Below are positions 20,883-31,539 of a DNA stretch of 64,000 nt, piece after piece; positions within the stretch are counted from its first letter, which is position 1; each line of letters opens with the position of its first letter. The notes beneath the pieces are model-generated. The model did not search any database. It saw only the letters and a list, made by a program, of their open reading frames with translations, and was not told where the DNA came from. Source of the DNA: Pseudomonadota bacterium (GTDB lineage: Bacteria; Bdellovibrionota_F; JAHFAK01; JBDREC01). Where the stretch lies: positions 62,001 to 126,000 of the forward strand of contig JBDREC010000010.1 of NCBI GenBank assembly GCA_043820105.1. Reading direction: 5' to 3'. Both the position numbers and the translations under genes were made by a program.

Positions 20883-22373
20883 CTATTTGTCCTTTTCAAA
20901 TTCAAAAATCGCTAAATATGATTTTTCAGTAAAGAAAGGCTCCTTATCCTTTATGTTCAAATTAAAGGATTCAGGGAAAGGTTTAAATTTCAGGCTTTCA
21001 AGGACTTGGTTCAGGTAAAATGCCATTAAGTCTGAACTTATAAGACTTGAATAGTCCATATCATCACTTTTATCCATAGATATTCCCAATGTTTCGGAAA
21101 AAGAATTCGAAATATCTATTTTTTTAATTTTTATTTTATCTTTTTTTGATTTCGCTATCAATGCTCTTTCATCATTGTCCCAAATCAAATCAATTGCTGC
21201 TTCAACGCTAAAATTACCCAAAACAATCTTATTACCCTGGTCATTTTTTATTACCTCAATACTGTCCTGACTAAAATAAAGAGAATCATCAGTAATTGTA
21301 AAAAAGGTAGGGCTTTGAGGAAGGTTAATACTAATATCGTCAGAAATTTCCAAAACTAAGCCTTCTTGCTTTTTTTCAAAAACTGTTGAAACCAGAGCAT
21401 TGGGAACTTCGCATGGAATATTCATTACAACATTTTTACCTCCTGAAAGAGCAGCATAAAACTCTTTAACAAATTCATCATCAGTAATAATTCGACTCTC
21501 TTTTTGGACCATGCTTTTAACTTTATCAGGTTTAGAAAAATATACTATAATACCAAAACTATTTTCACCTTCACTTTTTTCATAAGATTTAAAAGTAAGC
21601 CTTTCAAACTTGTTTAAATAATCTTTATCTAAATAAATAACTTTATTAATTATGATTTTTTCAAACAAAGGAAAAAGCTTAGTAGATGCATTGCTTTTTA
21701 CATAGTTTGCAAATTCATCTTCTATAAACTGGCTAATTAAACCTTCTATTTCAGACTCAAGTGGCCCAGGAAGTCCCTCAAGGAAATCAATGTTAGTTTT
21801 ATTAACTGAAACTGTAACATCCCCCATTTGTAATAAATTATTTTCGTCTACATAGCTGACTGCTTCAAGGTCTAATTTATTGATACTTGCTTTAAACTTA
21901 ATATTAGGAAAATTAACACATAATAAACCATCTCCAGAAATAAAAAGATTACCAGAAATTTCTATATCTTCGATTGTCTCTTCAAATTGCCAGGCAAGTT
22001 TTGTGTCAGCCTGTGCTTCTTGTTTAAAAAGGTCTATATTTGAAAAATTACTCGAAATAGTTAGCTCATTTAAAAACCCCATGGAATAGTCACACCCCAA
22101 AACTGTATCTTTAAGAGGCTCAACTTTTTCAATTGTAAAATTTTCTTCTAAAACCTCGGAAAAATTCTTGTTTATTTGCTCTGCAGGGAAAAAAACAAAA
22201 AAAAGATTTTTATCAATATCCTGAGTATTATTAAGACCAGAGAAACTATAATCAGCCATAATCACAACTTTATTTTCATTTTGCTTTTCTTTTGGAACCT
22301 TTTTGCATGCTAAAATTGCAAATATACAAAGACAAAAAAGTGATAAAAGAACTATTTTCTTTAAAAAATTCAT
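20883..22373 (-). CDS. Hypothetical lipoprotein
   Basis: Signal peptide with lipobox ILAC; 496 aa. Confidence 0.75.
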   Translation of the reverse strand: MNFLKKIVLLSLFCLCIFAILACKKVPKEKQNENKVVIMADYSFSGLNNTQDIDKNLFFVFFPAEQINKNFSEVLEENFTIEKVEPLKDTVLGCDYSMGFLNELTISSNFSNIDLFKQEAQADTKLAWQFEETIEDIEISGNLFISGDGLLCVNFPNIKFKASINKLDLEAVSYVDENNLLQMGDVTVSVNKTNIDFLEGLPGPLESEIEGLISQFIEDEFANYVKSNASTKLFPLFEKIIINKVIYLDKDYLNKFERLTFKSYEKSEGENSFGIIVYFSKPDKVKSMVQKESRIITDDEFVKEFYAALSGGKNVVMNIPCEVPNALVSTVFEKKQEGLVLEISDDISINLPQSPTFFTITDDSLYFSQDSIEVIKNDQGNKIVLGNFSVEAAIDLIWDNDERALIAKSKKDKIKIKKIDISNSFSETLGISMDKSDDMDYSSLISSDLMAFYLNQVLESLKFKPFPESFNLNIKDKEPFFTEKSYLAIFEFEKDK

Positions 22374-22448
22374 TTATAATAATTATAGCTAGTTAAATAA
22401 AATACACATACGCGATTTGACGCAAACTGTCAATGGTTAGTTTTTTGA

Positions 22449-23417
22449 TTATATTTTGCCAATAAAATGAGTCCCGGTTTTTCCATCAAGGGCTTCACCA
22501 AGACATTCAGGGGCAGTAATAAGCCCCCTTTTTCCTCCAGCTAATAAAAATTCATAGATTGCCTCAACCTTGGGTCCCATGCTGCCAGCTGGAAAATGAC
22601 CTGCCTCAATAAGCCTTCTGGTTTCTTCTAAAGTAATTGCACTTAAAGCAGTTTCATTTTCTTTTTTAAAGTTTAAGTAAACATTTGGTACTTCGGTTAG
22701 AATTATCAAAAGATCAGCTTTAACCTTCTGAGCAATAATGCTGGAGGTTGAATCTTTATCTACCACAGCTTCAACACCTGCAAATTTTCCTTCCTGATTT
22801 TTAATAATAGGAATTCCGCCACCGCCACCTGCTATAACAACATGGCCTTCCATAGCTGATTCTTTAATTGATTTATGCTGAATAACTTTTATTGGTTTTG
22901 GTGAAGCAACAACTCTTCTCCAACCTCTTTTTCCAGCATCTTCTGCAACATCCCAACCAAGTTCAGCTTTTCTTTTCTCAGCATCTTCTTTAGTAATAAA
23001 TGGACCTACTGGTTTTGTTGGATTTTGAAAGGATGGATCGTCTTTATTAACAAGCACTTGTGTAATAAAAGTAACAACATATCTTTTTAGTTTTCTTTCA
23101 ATAAGATTATTTAACATTGCTTGCTGTAAAGTATACCCAAGGCTTCCTTCTGTATCTGCAACTAAAACATCAAGGGGCATAGGTTCTACCTGATCCCTTG
23201 AAATTTCATTTTTCAATAAAAGGTTTCCAACTTGTGGACCATTTCCATGAGTAATAACAATATTGTACCCTCTCTCAATCAGAACCATCAGCTGTTTGCA
23301 AATAAGATCAGCGTTTTTTTCATATACTTCACATGTTGCTTTTTCACCTTTTCCCATAAAGGCATGGCCGCCCAAAGCTACCACAACCAAAGGAGTATGT
23401 TTATTATTTTCACTCAT
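22449..23417 (-). CDS. arcC: Carbamate kinase
   Basis: VALGG, THGNGPQVG, NPTKPVGP, WRRVVASPKP, GGGGIP, EAVVDKD, GSMGPKV; start chosen at the ATG after GAGG. Confidence 0.92.
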   Translation of the reverse strand: MSENNKHTPLVVVALGGHAFMGKGEKATCEVYEKNADLICKQLMVLIERGYNIVITHGNGPQVGNLLLKNEISRDQVEPMPLDVLVADTEGSLGYTLQQAMLNNLIERKLKRYVVTFITQVLVNKDDPSFQNPTKPVGPFITKEDAEKRKAELGWDVAEDAGKRGWRRVVASPKPIKVIQHKSIKESAMEGHVVIAGGGGGIPIIKNQEGKFAGVEAVVDKDSTSSIIAQKVKADLLIILTEVPNVYLNFKKENETALSAITLEETRRLIEAGHFPAGSMGPKVEAIYEFLLAGGKRGLITAPECLGEALDGKTGTHFIGKI

Positions 23418-23529
23418 AAATTCAAACCTCATTTATAATAAAGAAAAAACGATCTATACATTCTAAACTCATAGCTTTCAAGCTAAATTTACATTTACTT
23501 TATGAAAAGAGAGCTTTTTTTTAAACTAT

Positions 23530-24789
23530 TTATAACTGCACATAAGAAAACGGAAGCCTTATTAGCATTTCTGCAAAATAAATAGAAAGCCTTATAAAAA
23601 AAACATTTAATTTTATAAGCTCAAATGAAATATCTTCGGAAAAATAATAAACAAGTTGGGCAAAGAAATTCAGGGGAACTACAATAAAAGAAATAATAGG
23701 TCCGATAAATAAGTTTGATAGAAGAAAGATAAGAGAAACTGATTTGAAATAAAATAAAACAAAAGGCATTATTCCCAACCATGCTGCTAAGGAAACTAGG
23801 ATTATTTCAAAAATCTTTTTAATAAAATATTTTTGTTTTTTTGCCAATTTTTTAATCAGTGGTATTCCCAAATAGATAATAGAAATGACTGCTGCAAATG
23901 TAAGCTGAAAAGAAACACTAAATAGCGATTCAGGGTTAACAAACAGAATAACAAGTGCCGATTGAGCTAAGACAAGTTTGATATTAGTCTTTCTTTTAAA
24001 AGATAAGGAAACAAAATAAAACAATGAAAATATTACAGCTCTGGATGCGGCTTGAGCAAAACTAATTGTAGCCAGATAGAAGATTAGGATTAAGCTTATT
24101 AAATAAGGATAGAAAAACAGATACGAATTAAATATTTTTTTATTTCTGTGTAAAATAAGTAATGGCAGCTTAAAAATTCTTAATAAAATAAAGGCTAGAA
24201 TTCCGATGTGAAACCCAGAAATAACAAAAAGGTGATAGATTCCAGCTCTTTTTAGAATATCAAAAACCTTATCCTTGATAAATCGTGAATTTCCAGATAA
24301 AAAGGCACTTGTAACACCTGAGTCATCAAGCTTTAATGCTGTCTTTGAAAGACTTTTACTAGATAAAGCCATTGGAAACGGACCCTGATTAATATTTGTT
24401 ATTAATCCATCGTAATATAAAAAGGCAACATATTCTGCTTTAAACCTTCCTTTGTATTTATTAGGAAATAGTTTAATAAAAAGCTCTAGCTCATCATAAA
24501 TCATAATATCTTTTTCAATATTTTTTAAGATTAAAAAAATTTTTCCAAAATCTCCTTTTTCCTTATTAATTTGCAATATCTTCAAAAGCCCATAAGACCG
24601 ATCATCACGTGAGTCTTTTATATTAAGGACCCTTGCTTTGATTAAATTTTTTTTATTCAACAAATTTTCGTCAAGAGCTAACCTTTTTGAAAGTCTAATA
24701 ATTTTTCCAAATTCTGGAAAATAAAAACCAAAAACCAAACAAAGCACATAAATAAACAAAGCAAGATATATTAAATTGGTCTGCTTCAT
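23530..24789 (-). CDS. comEC: ComEC/Rec2 competence-domain membrane protein (no metallo-beta-lactamase domain)
   Basis: GIYHLFVISGFHI, SRA, SVSFQLTFAA; start at the ATG after GGGAG. Confidence 0.8.
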   Translation of the reverse strand: MKQTNLIYLALFIYVLCLVFGFYFPEFGKIIRLSKRLALDENLLNKKNLIKARVLNIKDSRDDRSYGLLKILQINKEKGDFGKIFLILKNIEKDIMIYDELELFIKLFPNKYKGRFKAEYVAFLYYDGLITNINQGPFPMALSSKSLSKTALKLDDSGVTSAFLSGNSRFIKDKVFDILKRAGIYHLFVISGFHIGILAFILLRIFKLPLLILHRNKKIFNSYLFFYPYLISLILIFYLATISFAQAASRAVIFSLFYFVSLSFKRKTNIKLVLAQSALVILFVNPESLFSVSFQLTFAAVISIIYLGIPLIKKLAKKQKYFIKKIFEIILVSLAAWLGIMPFVLFYFKSVSLIFLLSNLFIGPIISFIVVPLNFFAQLVYYFSEDISFELIKLNVFFIRLSIYFAEMLIRLPFSYVQL

Positions 24790-24897
24790 AGACTCCCATG
24801 AACAAAAAAGAAAATGTTGCAAAATTTTTATTTTTACATGAATCTGTATTCTAACAGCATGCAATTTAGATGCCACTTTGTAAGGTGAAAACGAGAA

Positions 24898-25695
24898 ATG
24901 CTTTTAGAAAAAGAAAAACCACTATTAAATAAAATTATTGTTACAACCAGACAGCACAGTCCCAATGATCCTTTAATTCTAAAACTTACAGAGCTGGGAG
25001 CAAAAGCATTTGCTTTTCCAACAATTAAAACAGAAATTCATGCGGATGAGAATCTGTTTATAAAAACAATTTCAACCTTTGATGATTATCATTCCACAAT
25101 ATTTACATCTGCAAATGCTGTGAAATATTTTTTTGAATTATTAAATCAAAAAAAGCTTAATCCCAATTTACAAAGTAAATTATTTTGTGTGATAGGAGAT
25201 TCAACAGAAAAGACATTAAAAGCACATATAAAAAATCCAACTCTTATAAAACCCAAAGAAGCATGTGCTGAAAGCATCCTGGAGTTATATAAATCCCTAA
25301 TCCTTAATAAAAATGAAAAGATACTTTACATTCGACCAAAAACAACAAGAGAACTTCTTTGTAAGGGCTTTGCGAAAATATATTTATCTCTTGATGAACT
25401 AGTGGTCTATAAAACGATATTTAACTGTGATGAATCTCTTAAACAAAAGCTCGAAAACATGCTTAAAAATAATCAGGTAAACCTTGTCACCTTTACATCT
25501 CCATCAACTTTCAATAATTTCATGAAAATATTTCCTGAATGTTTATTAAAAAAAGCAAAAGGGCTTAAAATTGCATCAATCGGTGCAGTCACTAAAAACG
25601 CTATTGAGCAAAAAGGTTTAATCGTGGATATTGTGCCTGATATTTTTAATATCGATTCCCTACTAGAAGCTATCCTTTTATATTATTCAAAATAA
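24898..25695 (+). CDS. hemD: Uroporphyrinogen-III synthase
   Basis: IVTTR, FPTIKT, IFTSANAV, VIGDST, VYKT, FTSPST, SIGAVT. Confidence 0.88.
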   Translation: MLLEKEKPLLNKIIVTTRQHSPNDPLILKLTELGAKAFAFPTIKTEIHADENLFIKTISTFDDYHSTIFTSANAVKYFFELLNQKKLNPNLQSKLFCVIGDSTEKTLKAHIKNPTLIKPKEACAESILELYKSLILNKNEKILYIRPKTTRELLCKGFAKIYLSLDELVVYKTIFNCDESLKQKLENMLKNNQVNLVTFTSPSTFNNFMKIFPECLLKKAKGLKIASIGAVTKNAIEQKGLIVDIVPDIFNIDSLLEAILLYYSK

Positions 25696-25725
25696 ATTCT
25701 TTACAAAAAGGCATAATTTTATCCA

Positions 25726-25814
25726 TTTTAAACATAAAACATTAACTTTTCAAAACCTTTCTATTTAAAATCATAGATCTTTTTATGTTTTTTAATCCTG
25801 GTACACTCTTTGCA
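25726..25814 (+). promoter_or_regulatory. Sigma54 promoter with a looser upstream box
   Basis: TGGTACACTCTTTGCA (GG-N10-GC) at 25799-25814; TTTTAAACATAAAACA starts 74 bp upstream of the GG. Confidence 0.65.
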
Positions 25815-25914
25815 AAAGATATTCTATGGGCCTGTCATGTATAGGGAAATGATGACAAGGGGGCCTTGAAGGAAGATATGTACTTGTATTTTTAAATTTC
25901 AAGGAGGTGGCCCT

Positions 25915-27246
25915 ATGAGTTTATGGAAAAAAATTGCCTTGCTGCTCATCACTTTAATTTTTTCATCTTTTATAATTACCAGCTGTGGTTTTGATTCAAC
26001 AAACGCTTCAGATCTTGAGATAGCTGATGATTCCATTGAAATTGAAAGCATAGTAGATGAAGGGATCATAATGGAAACAGGTGAAGCCTCAGAAGGTTAC
26101 GCTTTGGAGGCTGATAGCACAAAGGAATCTGGCTCTCAGGCGACTGAAAGCGAGTCTGAAAAAGATTATGAAAGAAATAATCCGAGTTTGTCTTTTCTGG
26201 ACAATTTGGAATTTTCAAAAAACAACTTCCTGGATATTGGTAACAAGCCAGGCAATAACAAAGACAGTGATGATAATGAAAGTAGTTTCGAAAATGGAAT
26301 TCTCGCTGGAAATAAACTGAATGATATTTCCCAAATTATAACAATAGATCTCATTTTTACAGGGGACAAATTCAAATGTTCTGCTCGTTCAAGTAAAACA
26401 TCAGGCGATTTTAAAGGTTCTGCATCCTTAGTTTATTTTTACATGGGTGATGATACTCTAACCACAATTGCCCAAGAAACTACAAAATTATCAAACGCAT
26501 TTACAGGTTATGATCATAAGGTTCTGATGTACGATGATGCCTCAACTGTTGCTTCAAAATTTCTCAGCGCAAGCGCCATAAATCAGGCCGACGTAATTTA
26601 CCATCCAACAAAGGACAATTTTTTTAACGCCATACTTGACACTGTTGAAAAGGGATATTTCCTTGATATTTATATAATCTCTCATGGTAACATTAAATCA
26701 AATGGGGTGCCCTATTTTGTTTCAGCAGATAACAACATAAAAGGAACAGATATTGCTTCAAAACTGGGCGATTATGGCTGCAATGAAATCCCCATCAGAA
26801 TGGTTTATACTGTTGCCTGTTATCAGTCAGCAATGAATTCCTATTGGACAAGTGTTGGTGCTAAAGCAGTTGTTGGATCACAATATATAAATTTTTATCC
26901 AAACCAATTTAATAAATTTGCTGAATCCTGGACACTCGGAAATAATTTTGAAACTGCTCTTGATAAAGCAAATACTGAAGGCTCAAGAACCGTTGCCCAA
27001 GCTTATATATATTACCTTGGCTTAAAATATGCAAATCAGGGAGATTGCGGTGCCTGGCCAAATGTTTTAGGTGAAAATGCCTGTGCAGAATGGTTCTTTA
27101 CTGAAGGTGGGCCCTATACTTTGGAAGATGATTATAATGACAATAAATCCGGAAAACAAAACATGACTATTTCGTCAAAAAAGATTATTACAGGCGATGA
27201 AACGATTAGCATTTCAAGTGAAGTAAGCTGGAATTTGCCAAACTAA
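25915..27246 (+). CDS. Lipoprotein with putative caspase/CHAT-fold (clan CD) cysteine peptidase domain
   Basis: AGGAGG RBS, lipobox ITSC, acidic linker, IYIISHG ... MVYTVAC ... VGAKAVVG. Confidence 0.65.
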   Translation: MSLWKKIALLLITLIFSSFIITSCGFDSTNASDLEIADDSIEIESIVDEGIIMETGEASEGYALEADSTKESGSQATESESEKDYERNNPSLSFLDNLEFSKNNFLDIGNKPGNNKDSDDNESSFENGILAGNKLNDISQIITIDLIFTGDKFKCSARSSKTSGDFKGSASLVYFYMGDDTLTTIAQETTKLSNAFTGYDHKVLMYDDASTVASKFLSASAINQADVIYHPTKDNFFNAILDTVEKGYFLDIYIISHGNIKSNGVPYFVSADNNIKGTDIASKLGDYGCNEIPIRMVYTVACYQSAMNSYWTSVGAKAVVGSQYINFYPNQFNKFAESWTLGNNFETALDKANTEGSRTVAQAYIYYLGLKYANQGDCGAWPNVLGENACAEWFFTEGGPYTLEDDYNDNKSGKQNMTISSKKIITGDETISISSEVSWNLPN

Positions 27247-27259
27247 TAAATTTCATATT

Positions 27260-28294
27260 TTAAACCTTTTCTCCAAAACCAAATGGCAAAAAAGAAAATC
27301 CAAAGCCAAAAATTGGTTGAAAATTCTCCTTATCAACTCCAAAGAAAAATGATGGTCTAAGCTTATGAAATTTTAAAACTGAGGGATATAAATTTAATCT
27401 AAATAAAAGATTATCAGTTCCATTAATTATTAAAGATGAAATTAGTGAATCATTTCTATCATAAAATATCCCAGCTGAATATATCATTTCAAGCTCCAAA
27501 GGAACAACCATTGATTGCCCAAAACCTGCTGATACATGCTTTTCTTTATCTATTTCATAACTCAATCCAAATAGCGTTGTCATACCAACATATGCAAATG
27601 GCGTAAGCTTTGACCCATAAACCTCAGGACGAATAGCATAATTCAAACCGATATTTCTAAATTTATTATATACAGGATCATAAATCGGTTGGTGATGCCA
27701 CATGGCTGGTTTAATATATTTTTTAACAAATTTACAAACAGGCTCAAAACTAAATAAAAGCATTCCAAGTGGATCAAAAATTAGTAAATCCGCGATCGGA
27801 TCAGAAGTTTCTGTGCTTCCTTTTTCTATACCTTCATTAATAAAACCCGAAGCATAAACTATCAAAACAGAAGCTAAATAACTATATGGCCTTTTAAAGC
27901 CGCGAGAATAAAGCCATTCCTCATTCATTTTGTATGAAATTCCATTTCCAAATAAATGCAGAAATAAATTAGGCACAACATTCACTGAAAGAAATTCATT
28001 TTGCAAAAACTGAGAAAAACCACCATCTGCTTCCAAAGAATTAAAAGGATGAAACACTTCATAAAAAACAGTTTCCATATGTTCATCAAAATCCTGAGTT
28101 GAAAAAGCCTCTGGAACCTGAGTTGTATCAAAGCCACCATTAATTATAAAGGTAAGTGGATTAAAATTAGCAGTAGATCCATAATCCAATTGATCATAAA
28201 AATAAAGCTTCTTCTCCAATTCCTCAGCAATTACAAATCTTGATAAAAATCCAAAAATAAATAATAAAAATATAATTGAATTTTTTTTTCCCAT
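27260..28294 (-). CDS. Hypothetical secreted / outer-membrane protein
   Basis: Signal peptide (VIA/EE); amphipathic beta-strand-like, aromatic-rich C-terminal half. Confidence 0.7.
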   Translation of the reverse strand: MGKKNSIIFLLFIFGFLSRFVIAEELEKKLYFYDQLDYGSTANFNPLTFIINGGFDTTQVPEAFSTQDFDEHMETVFYEVFHPFNSLEADGGFSQFLQNEFLSVNVVPNLFLHLFGNGISYKMNEEWLYSRGFKRPYSYLASVLIVYASGFINEGIEKGSTETSDPIADLLIFDPLGMLLFSFEPVCKFVKKYIKPAMWHHQPIYDPVYNKFRNIGLNYAIRPEVYGSKLTPFAYVGMTTLFGLSYEIDKEKHVSAGFGQSMVVPLELEMIYSAGIFYDRNDSLISSLIINGTDNLLFRLNLYPSVLKFHKLRPSFFFGVDKENFQPIFGFGFSFLPFGFGEKV

Positions 28295-28332
28295 AAAAGA
28301 TAATCTCACTTTAAATTACCAAATACAAAATG

Positions 28333-28381
28333 GAATACTAAATACTAAATACCGAATACTGAATACCGAATACCAAATACC
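28333..28381. repeat. (G/A)AATAC(C/T) heptamer tandem repeat (7 units)
   Basis: Ends directly at the AAGGAG RBS of the 28398 gene. Confidence 0.88.
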
Positions 28382-28397
28382 AAGGAGACCCTATACT

Positions 28398-29477
28398 ATG
28401 CCCTACAAAAACATGCAAATCTATTTTACCTCAGGTACAGGAAACACTTACCAGGTAGCCAAATGGATACTTGAGCTTGCTGAATCAAAAAATATTTCAA
28501 CAGAATTGCATTCAATTGAAAACTCAAAACTAGACAAGGACCATTTTAAGGGAAAAGAAAAGCTCTTTGGCTTTGGGGCTCCAGCGCATGGCTTCTCTGC
28601 CCCCTGGCATATGCTTAAATTCATGTTTCGTCTTCCCAGGTCAGATGGAGCAAGTGCCTTTTCCTTTTCAACACGTGGATCTTTTCGTCTTGGAAACACT
28701 TGTGTTCCTGGGCTTAGCGGTTCTGCAATATTTTTATTTGCACTTATTTTATTTATTAAAGGATATAAGGTTAAAGGAGGATTTACGGTAGATATGCCCA
28801 TTAACTGGCAAAATGTATTTCCTTCTCTAAAAAAACAGAACATAGACTTTGTCTTAAAAAAGGCAAAAATAAAAATTTTAAAAATATCAAAAAAATTACT
28901 TTCAGGAAAATCATACTGGCTTAGTTTAAACAATATTTATGAATTTCTGGGAGGAATTCTTCTATCCTGGTTTACTGTTCTTTACATTTATATTGGCAGA
29001 GCATTTATGGCAAAAATATTTTTTGAAAATGCGTCTTGTACAAAATGTGGCTTATGTGTAAAAAATTGTCCAGTCTCTGGCTTAAAATTCATAGGAAGTG
29101 ATAAAAAATATTTATATTGGACCAGAAAATGTGAATCCTGCATGAGATGCATGGCCTATTGCCCAAATAAAGCAATTGAAGCAAGCCATTCCTGGGGAGC
29201 TTTAATCTTCGGAATTCTATGGCTTCCAACATTACCTTTTATAATGAACGATATAATAGACCTGCAATACTCCTTAATTGGAACAAAGTCAGCAGCTCTT
29301 GTATGGATAATATCAACCCTACTTACTCCTTTATTCATATATTTATTCTACTACCTGCTCCACTACCTCTCAAGATTTCCAACCATCAATAAGCTCTTAA
29401 AATATACAACCCTAACCCCTCTTTACAGAAGATACCACGCACCCAATATAAAAACAAAAGACTTAACAACCATTTAA
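28398..29477 (+). CDS. EFR1 family flavodoxin / 4Fe-4S ferredoxin
   Basis: FTSGTGNT, MPINW, CTKCGLCVKNCP, CESCMRCMAYCP. Confidence 0.88.
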   Translation: MPYKNMQIYFTSGTGNTYQVAKWILELAESKNISTELHSIENSKLDKDHFKGKEKLFGFGAPAHGFSAPWHMLKFMFRLPRSDGASAFSFSTRGSFRLGNTCVPGLSGSAIFLFALILFIKGYKVKGGFTVDMPINWQNVFPSLKKQNIDFVLKKAKIKILKISKKLLSGKSYWLSLNNIYEFLGGILLSWFTVLYIYIGRAFMAKIFFENASCTKCGLCVKNCPVSGLKFIGSDKKYLYWTRKCESCMRCMAYCPNKAIEASHSWGALIFGILWLPTLPFIMNDIIDLQYSLIGTKSAALVWIISTLLTPLFIYLFYYLLHYLSRFPTINKLLKYTTLTPLYRRYHAPNIKTKDLTTI

Positions 29478-29479
29478 AT

Positions 29480-29518
29480 CTTACCCCTTACCACTTACCC
29501 CTTACCACTTACCACTTA
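29480..29518. repeat. CTTACC(A/C) heptamer tandem repeat (5.5 units)
   Basis: Starts 2 nt after the stop at 29477. Confidence 0.85.
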
Positions 29519-29569
29519 AACCGTGACACAAGAACCCCACAAAACAATACATCACGAATAAACTACATG

Positions 29570-29657
29570 TTTTGAAAAAAAGATTATTCACACCAACCAT
29601 GTAACACATTGTTTATATACAACTATTAACCAAGGCAATCCTGGCCTCTATCTTGCT
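29570..29657 (+). promoter_or_regulatory. Sigma54 promoter with conserved upstream box
   Basis: TTTTGAAAAAAAGA at 29570-29583; IHF-like site 29602-29614; TGGCCTCTATCTTGCT at 29642-29657. Confidence 0.7.
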
Positions 29658-29701
29658 CTATCAACGCATCGAGTTATTATCGAAACCATTTGAGGTAAAA
29701 A

Positions 29702-31423
29702 ATGAAAAAAATTATTTTCTTGTTATTAATGTTGTCTGTCCTTTCTTTTGGCAAAGACAAATCCGTTCACACCATGCTAGAAATGCCAGAACTTAGCGAA
29801 GCATGCAAAATGCAAGGAGCGGATGCAAAGGTATTTTTCTTTACTCCAAAAGGAAAGTATATAAGACACAAGTCCTGGTCCCAAATTCTTAATTCTTTTG
29901 AAGGTAAAGACCCGCTTATGGCAAATGTGTGGAATGCCTGTAAAATGGAAGTATTGGAATATGCAGCGGTTCATTCTTTAAATTGGCATTATGATAGAGA
30001 TGATGAATGCAGTGCGGGGCTATGGAGCGTAGAAAAAAGACCTATAAACACAGAAACTCTTGAATGCAAATATGGACTGGTAGAAGGCACAAAAAAAACA
30101 GACTTTGATTATGTAAAAAGCGCCTTAAAAGATAGGCTTCCACTGGCATCAAATGAGATGTACGCTCAAGTTTTAAGTAAATTCTGTTCAAGTGAATACT
30201 ATGAACACTGCACGTTTGTTGAAGGTGGAATCGAATACCTGGAAAAAGTTCTATATGATCGGGTTGAAGCACTAAAATATTCCTTGAAAAATGATCTTCC
30301 TGAAGATTGTGACCTTTCAAAACCTTTAACTGGTGAATGCAAACTTATTGCAAGCAATCTAGTTGAACCAGAAGAAAATCTTTCCTTAATTGATACTGCC
30401 AATGAATTAATAGATAGCGCAGCTGAAGTACTTAACGATGAAGCCCCAATTGAAAAACCAACAATCGAAGATCCTGCGCCTGAATTTCAAGAAGATACTG
30501 ATACAAATCAAGAACCATTAATAATTCAAGAGCAAGAACCTCAAGTCGCAGCTGAACCCGAAGTTTTCTTACAAACAGACAATGAACTTGAAAAATCAAT
30601 AGTAGATAATTTTAAAGCCCAAATAAAAGAAACAATCGGAGCTTCTTCTTTCAAGCAATCAGAAGTTTTAGCTTTAAATATTGCAGCAATAAGATGCTTT
30701 GGAAGTGCCAAAACAACTGCAGCAGGTGATCCTTTAAAACAACAGATGCTTATAGACTATTGCATAGATGCTCTTTCTAATCTTGTAAATAAATATGCAG
30801 ATATAGTTGAACAAAACTCTTATTTGGAATCTGAAAAATATAATAGTCTTCTGACTAATTATTTCATCCTGTACCGAGAATCCGAGTTAAATAATAAATT
30901 TTATGACGAAGAGTATGTTTATATGATTGCAAAGGGCGTTAAATTTGCAAGCCACTATGCGGACCTTTATAAAAAGTTTGTTCAAACTGACCCCATGGTT
31001 ATTCTAAGATTCTTTTATCTTGTTCAAGATGGTAATCCACAGAGAATTGAACAGGCCGCTGATAAATTCTATTTTCAAGTTTTTTCAAGTCAAAAAAATC
31101 ACATTGAAAAGGCTTTTGCTTTTTCAGAGTTATACAAAAGGTTTTATATAGAACTAGAAGGTAATACCTTAATACAAATTAAAATGTCAGAACTCAAAAC
31201 TATTTTAGACATATTGGATAGAGTTGAATTTCGTACACATTGGAATAAAGGCTTCAGAACAGTTTTGGCTTTTTCCAAAACTGATGACCCAGGCCTTCCA
31301 TCCAAGATTACGATTAATAAAGATGGGGAAGGAATAATTTTATTAAGACAACAAGCCAGGCAAGATTTAGAGTATTATTTCCCTAGAGCATTAAAAAAAT
31401 TCCTTAAAAAGACAGGATATTAA
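29702..31423 (+). CDS. Secreted hypothetical protein (Cys-rich N-half, acidic Pro/Glu linker)
   Basis: GAGG RBS, signal peptide MKKIIFLLLMLSVLSFG. Confidence 0.8.
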   Translation: MKKIIFLLLMLSVLSFGKDKSVHTMLEMPELSEACKMQGADAKVFFFTPKGKYIRHKSWSQILNSFEGKDPLMANVWNACKMEVLEYAAVHSLNWHYDRDDECSAGLWSVEKRPINTETLECKYGLVEGTKKTDFDYVKSALKDRLPLASNEMYAQVLSKFCSSEYYEHCTFVEGGIEYLEKVLYDRVEALKYSLKNDLPEDCDLSKPLTGECKLIASNLVEPEENLSLIDTANELIDSAAEVLNDEAPIEKPTIEDPAPEFQEDTDTNQEPLIIQEQEPQVAAEPEVFLQTDNELEKSIVDNFKAQIKETIGASSFKQSEVLALNIAAIRCFGSAKTTAAGDPLKQQMLIDYCIDALSNLVNKYADIVEQNSYLESEKYNSLLTNYFILYRESELNNKFYDEEYVYMIAKGVKFASHYADLYKKFVQTDPMVILRFFYLVQDGNPQRIEQAADKFYFQVFSSQKNHIEKAFAFSELYKRFYIELEGNTLIQIKMSELKTILDILDRVEFRTHWNKGFRTVLAFSKTDDPGLPSKITINKDGEGIILLRQQARQDLEYYFPRALKKFLKKTGY

Positions 31424-31465
31424 ACTTTTCAATAGTTTCAACATTGCAACAAGCCTTCAAAAGCC

Positions 31466-31494
31466 TTTACAAATAATACAATTTATTATATAAT
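31466..31494 (+). promoter_or_regulatory. Sigma70-type promoter
   Basis: TTTACA-17 bp-TATAAT upstream of 31540. Confidence 0.5.
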
Positions 31495-31539
31495 CATATA
31501 TAGTTACGTAATTTCAACCACTTGGGTAGCAGGGAAGCA

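Noticed and set aside
25828-25866. Riboswitch in the leader of the 25915 gene
   Set aside because: Only a simple hairpin (tgtcat/atgaca with ggcc ends); no aptamer consensus recognised
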